In this document: positions 60,648 through 64,000 of the stretch, one piece after another
How positions within the stretch are numbered: position 1 is the first letter of the stretch
Layout of the letters: the number at the start of each line of letters is the position of its first letter
The notes under the pieces: generated by a model
What the model saw: the letters and a program-made list of their open reading frames with translations, nothing else
What the model was told of the DNA's origin: nothing
Databases searched by the model: none
Made by a program: the position numbers and the translations under genes
Source: Vulcanimicrobiota bacterium
Lineage (GTDB): Bacteria > Vulcanimicrobiota > Vulcanimicrobiia > Vulcanimicrobiales > Vulcanimicrobiaceae
Assembly (NCBI GenBank): GCA_963777315.1
Contig: CAVZQC010000004.1
Coordinates: forward strand, 736,001-800,000
Length of the DNA stretch: 64,000 bases
Direction: 5' to 3'

Positions 60648-62222
60648 CTATAAGCCGCCGAAAGCGTAGCTGTAATTCCGCAGCGACGGCCAGAGCGTCT
60701 GCAGCGGCGTCTTGGGATTGCCCAGCACCCAAATCGGCAGATCGTTTTCATACGGCATTGCCAGCGGGTTATGGAAGGTGCCGACCCGGTCCACCGATCC
60801 GTAGTGAGCGAGCAGTTCGCGCCCATTGACGTCGATGATGGTTTTTCCGCCGTAGCCGTGCGTTCCCCAAATCCAATAGTTGTTGTTCCCGCTCAGCGCA
60901 GGCGGCAGCCCGTACTGCGCTCCGAAGAAATCTATGGCAGACGCTTCACCGAAATTGTGCGCGTAAATGGCTGCATCTTTACGTTGCGCCGGCGGCAACG
61001 CGCGGTACACCGACGCAACCTGCGCCGCGAGCTGCGGCCACCCCGTCATGTCGGCATAGTACTGGATTGGCGTGGCATTGGTGGCGTCTTTGTCCACGTG
61101 GAATCTGATGTGGAACAGCTTGCCGATGAACTGCTGGTATGCAATATACGTGCGCATCGGCAAAACGGGCAAAACGAACGGCGTGGACGGTATCGCAAAG
61201 GCGACCACGACCGCAATGATCGCTACGCGCCATGCGTAACGCACCCCGGTCCAGCGCTCGATGGGAACCGCGCCCGCGGCAATGAGATACGGATAGGCGG
61301 GCGCCGGATAGTACGCCTTGGCGTCCAAGGCCCACATCATCGCAATCAAAAGCAGATAGGTATAGCCGAGAAAACGCGTGCGCGGCTGATACAGCAGCCA
61401 TCCCAGGCCAACGAGCCACACGACGGAGAGCAGGGGGCTCATGATCATAATCTGCTGGAGCACGAACGGGGGCCACTTCAAAATGAATTTGTCGTAGTCA
61501 TTGTGCAGCAGCTGGAGAATCGGAAAGTGGTAGTGCCACTGCCACCACACGTTCGGAACGACCAGCGCGAGCGCAAGTGCCACGCCGCCGGCGAACCACC
61601 ACGACTGCGCCGCGCGGCGCTGGGGCGTGAGCAGCAGTCCGGCTATCAGCGCGATGCCGAAAAATGCGACGCTGTACTTGCTCCAGGCCGCAAACGCGAT
61701 CAGCAGTCCCGCAAGCAGCCACAATCGCCGGTCGGCGCCTTTGACGATGCGCAGGGTGATGAGCGCCACCAGCGGCCACGTCGCCGCTTCGACCATGTCG
61801 GGCGAGAGGCGCGACCCGAAGGCCATCATTTCGGGCGAGACGATAGTGACCAGCGCCGCGACGACTATCGCGAAGACGCCGCCGCCCAGTTCCACCGCGA
61901 ACAAGCATGCCGCGTACGTCGTAACGGCTGCGAATACCGCGGGAATCACGCGCAGCGCGAACAGCGAAATGCCCATCGTTTGAGAAAACGCGGCCATCAG
62001 CGGCGCAAGCGGAGGCTGATCGACGTAGCCCAGCGACGGGCGCATGCCGCAGATGATGAAGTACAGCTCGTCGCGGAAAAAGCCGTAGTGCGGGTTGCCC
62101 GCCACGTGCAGCGCCAGCGCGACCATCGCGGCGAAAGCCGGCGCATAGCGTCCCAGCCGCAGGGCACGCGGGCGCGGCGGTATCTCGCCCCGTTCTACGC
62201 TTCCAACCCGTTCCAGCAACAC
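60648..62222 (-). CDS. GT39/ArnT-like (GT-C) membrane glycosyltransferase
   Basis: YGFFRDELYF, GYVDQPPL, KYS, PNVWWQ, KAYYPAPAYP, NFGEASAI, SGNNNYWIWG; start uncertain (62222-62267). Confidence 0.85.
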   Translation of the reverse strand: MLLERVGSVERGEIPPRPRALRLGRYAPAFAAMVALALHVAGNPHYGFFRDELYFIICGMRPSLGYVDQPPLAPLMAAFSQTMGISLFALRVIPAVFAAVTTYAACLFAVELGGGVFAIVVAALVTIVSPEMMAFGSRLSPDMVEAATWPLVALITLRIVKGADRRLWLLAGLLIAFAAWSKYSVAFFGIALIAGLLLTPQRRAAQSWWFAGGVALALALVVPNVWWQWHYHFPILQLLHNDYDKFILKWPPFVLQQIMIMSPLLSVVWLVGLGWLLYQPRTRFLGYTYLLLIAMMWALDAKAYYPAPAYPYLIAAGAVPIERWTGVRYAWRVAIIAVVVAFAIPSTPFVLPVLPMRTYIAYQQFIGKLFHIRFHVDKDATNATPIQYYADMTGWPQLAAQVASVYRALPPAQRKDAAIYAHNFGEASAIDFFGAQYGLPPALSGNNNYWIWGTHGYGGKTIIDVNGRELLAHYGSVDRVGTFHNPLAMPYENDLPIWVLGNPKTPLQTLWPSLRNYSYAFGGL

Positions 62223-62273
62223 GGTCGCTTTCTTACCCGCTCCGCCTGCGCGCCACCCCCTCGGCACAAAGAC

Positions 62274-62297
62274 AAACGGCGCACGACGGCGCCGTTT
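62274..62297 (-). terminator. Terminator-like hairpin after fliE
   Basis: AAACGGCGC-N6-GCGCCGTTT perfect stem. Confidence 0.6.
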
Positions 62298-62339
62298 ACG
62301 TGGGTTGGACCAGCCCGAGCAGCAGCGAGCTGCATCGGT

Positions 62340-62684
62340 CTACATCTGCATTTGGGAAATTTGGGTGTACGCGTCGAGCAGTTTGTTGCGGATGGCGAGC
62401 GTGAATTGCATGGCGAGGTTCGCCTCCTCGACCGACGTCACGACCTTGCTCACGTCGTTGGTGCGGCCGGAAGCCAGGTCGCGCGAGAGCTGGTCCGACT
62501 GGGAGACCTTGTCGTTCACGTCGCTCATCATCGACTTGACGGTGTCCTTGAACGAACTCCCGCTCGCCGCGGCAGACCCCGCGATAGCTTGAGCGGCCGG
62601 CCCATCCGACGTGCCGATGTCGGGAACGAACGTGCCCGGAACCGCGCCGGCCATCGCCGCGCCGTACGTTGTGTTGATGTCCAC
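62340..62684 (-). CDS. fliE: Hook-basal body complex protein FliE
   Basis: SFKDTV, EEANLAMQFTLAIRNKLLDAYTQISQMQM. Confidence 0.94.
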   Translation of the reverse strand: MDINTTYGAAMAGAVPGTFVPDIGTSDGPAAQAIAGSAAASGSSFKDTVKSMMSDVNDKVSQSDQLSRDLASGRTNDVSKVVTSVEEANLAMQFTLAIRNKLLDAYTQISQMQM

Positions 62685-62686
62685 AT

Positions 62687-63133
62687 TCAGCTCCGCAGCA
62701 GGTTGAGCGCGGCGTTGGTCATCGTGCGCGCTTCTTGAATCGCCGTAACGTTGGCTTGATAGGCGCGCGAAGCCGCCATCATGTCCACCATCTCTTTGAC
62801 CACGGAAATGTTGGGATAATGCACGTACCCGCGCGGGTCGGCATCGGGATTGCTCGGATCGAAGACCAGCCGATCGGGGCTGTTGTCCTGAACGATTCCC
62901 AGCGCTTGAACGCCGCCGCCCGCGTTGGGCGAACCCTCGCCGTCGTCGGGGCCCACCAGCGGATCGGATTGGCCCGGCTTTTCGGAATAGACCACCAGCT
63001 GCCGTTTGAACGCGCCGCCCTGCGGCGTATGCGTGGTGTTTGCATTGGCGATGTTGTTGGCGATGACGTCCATGGCCAGACGTTCGGCGGACAGGCCGGA
63101 GGCGCTGATTTCGATCGAATTGTAAAAATCCAC
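62687..63133 (-). CDS. flgC: Basal-body rod protein FlgC
   Basis: ISASGLSAERLAMDVIANNIANANTT, DPSNPDAD..GYV.YPN, ASRAYQAN. Confidence 0.96.
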   Translation of the reverse strand: MDFYNSIEISASGLSAERLAMDVIANNIANANTTHTPQGGAFKRQLVVYSEKPGQSDPLVGPDDGEGSPNAGGGVQALGIVQDNSPDRLVFDPSNPDADPRGYVHYPNISVVKEMVDMMAASRAYQANVTAIQEARTMTNAALNLLRS

Positions 63134-63567
63134 TACCGCGGCTGCTCCGTGATGGCTTCGCGCAGGCGCATGAACTGCACTTGCAGCAGTTGAGACATCG
63201 TCTGGGAGTATGCCGAGTTTTCCGAAAGCTGCGCCATCTCTTGGTCGACGTCGACGTTGCTGCCGTCGGCGCGCATTTGGTCCGTATCGTCGGTTTGAAC
63301 GCCGGGCTGGAAAGCGCCGGGCGCCTGGGAGTCCCCGAACTGGCGATCGCCGTTCGTCTGCAGCGCCAAGTCCGGCGAAGAGGCCGGGTCGCCTTGCGCA
63401 GCCGCCAGCGAATCCTTGAACGAAACGGTTTGGCGGTAGTAATTCGGCGTGTTGACGTTGGCGATATTATTGGAGATCGCAGCGTGTTCCACGTCCGCGC
63501 CGGAAATAGCGTTGCTGAGCATATCGACCGTCGAGCCGAAGCCCACGGCAGCGGTGTCGTTCATCAC
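63133..63567 (-). CDS. flgB: Basal-body rod protein FlgB
   Basis: ISNNIANVNTPNY, RADGSNVDVDQEMA. Confidence 0.94.
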   Translation of the reverse strand: MMNDTAAVGFGSTVDMLSNAISGADVEHAAISNNIANVNTPNYYRQTVSFKDSLAAAQGDPASSPDLALQTNGDRQFGDSQAPGAFQPGVQTDDTDQMRADGSNVDVDQEMAQLSENSAYSQTMSQLLQVQFMRLREAITEQPR

Positions 63568-63572
63568 AATCC

Positions 63573-63600
63573 CTATCGGACGATTGCCCGCAAATCTTGA
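63573..63600 (-). promoter_or_regulatory. sigma28-like promoter upstream of flgB (TCAA-N16-TCCGATAG)
   Basis: -10 ends 5 nt before GTG 63567 and 8 nt before ATG 63564; no clear SD. Confidence 0.5.
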
Positions 63601-63617
63601 ACCGGCTTGGAGCGGAT

Positions 63618-64000
63618 CTAGGTAAACTGCGTGGCGTGCAGACGGGCGTAGGCGCCGCCCTTGGCCAGCAAAGTTTGGTGCGATCCCATTTCGACCACGC
63701 GCCCGGCCTCGATATACAGGATCGTGTGGGCACGGCGGATCGTCGAAAGACGGTGAGCGATGATCAGCGTGGTGCGCCCGGGTAAGAGGCGGTCCAAGGC
63801 TTGTTCGATGAGCGCCTCCGAGTGCGTGTCCAGCGCGCTGGTCGCTTCATCCAAAATCAGAATGCGAGGATCGCGTAAGATAGCGCGCGCGATGGCAATG
63901 CGCTGGCGCTGGCCGCCGGAAAGGCGCAGGCCGCGCTCGCCGACCTCGGTCGCGTATCCCTGGGGGAATCCGAGAATGAACTCGTCGGCGTTGGCCTGCA
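63618..64000 (-). CDS. ABC exporter ATP-binding domain (MsbA-like), 3' end only
   Basis: [41 protein letters not shown]. Confidence 0.9.
   Translation of the reverse strand, partial: QANADEFILGFPQGYATEVGERGLRLSGGQRQRIAIARAILRDPRILILDEATSALDTHSEALIEQALDRLLPGRTTLIIAHRLSTIRRAHTILYIEAGRVVEMGSHQTLLAKGGAYARLHATQFT

Overview
GC-rich, gene-dense bacterial chromosomal segment with no rRNA, tRNA or CRISPR array that I could find. In order: the 3' part of a Tad/Flp pilus cluster (with a CpaE-CpaF fusion and two prepilin peptidases); a 161-bp IS630-type MITE; a MalT/BTAD-like regulator divergent from two tandem PAS-PAS-GGDEF-EAL genes; a housekeeping block (amj, M16 peptidase, proS, pduO, ispG-rseP-dxr-cdsA-uppS-frr-pyrH-tsf-rpsB); a dTDP-amino-sugar modification and glycosyltransferase island; an ExeA-like ATPase plus DUF11-like pair; and a large flagellar cluster (flgBC-fliE, flgFG-flgA-flgHIJ-flgN-flgKL-fliW-csrA-fliC, three glycosyltransferases, flaG-fliD-fliS). 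L/P-ring genes together with Firmicute-like fliW/csrA/amj suggest a diderm Terrabacteria lineage, possibly Ca. Eremiobacterota (inference only). Main observations: (1) five separate +1 frameshifts all fall at GCWG[A/T]C, a single-base insertion in the motif GCWGC, which points to a motif-specific DNA modification (long-read miscalls) or, less likely, real lesions at a restriction site; (2) sigma28-type promoters precede fliC and flaG but also early rod genes, c-di-GMP genes and several glycosylation genes, some apparently leaderless; (3) an 81-bp tandem duplication of the flgI/flgJ junction forms a doubly coupled 55-aa ORF; (4) a probably undescribed flagellin glycan pathway.
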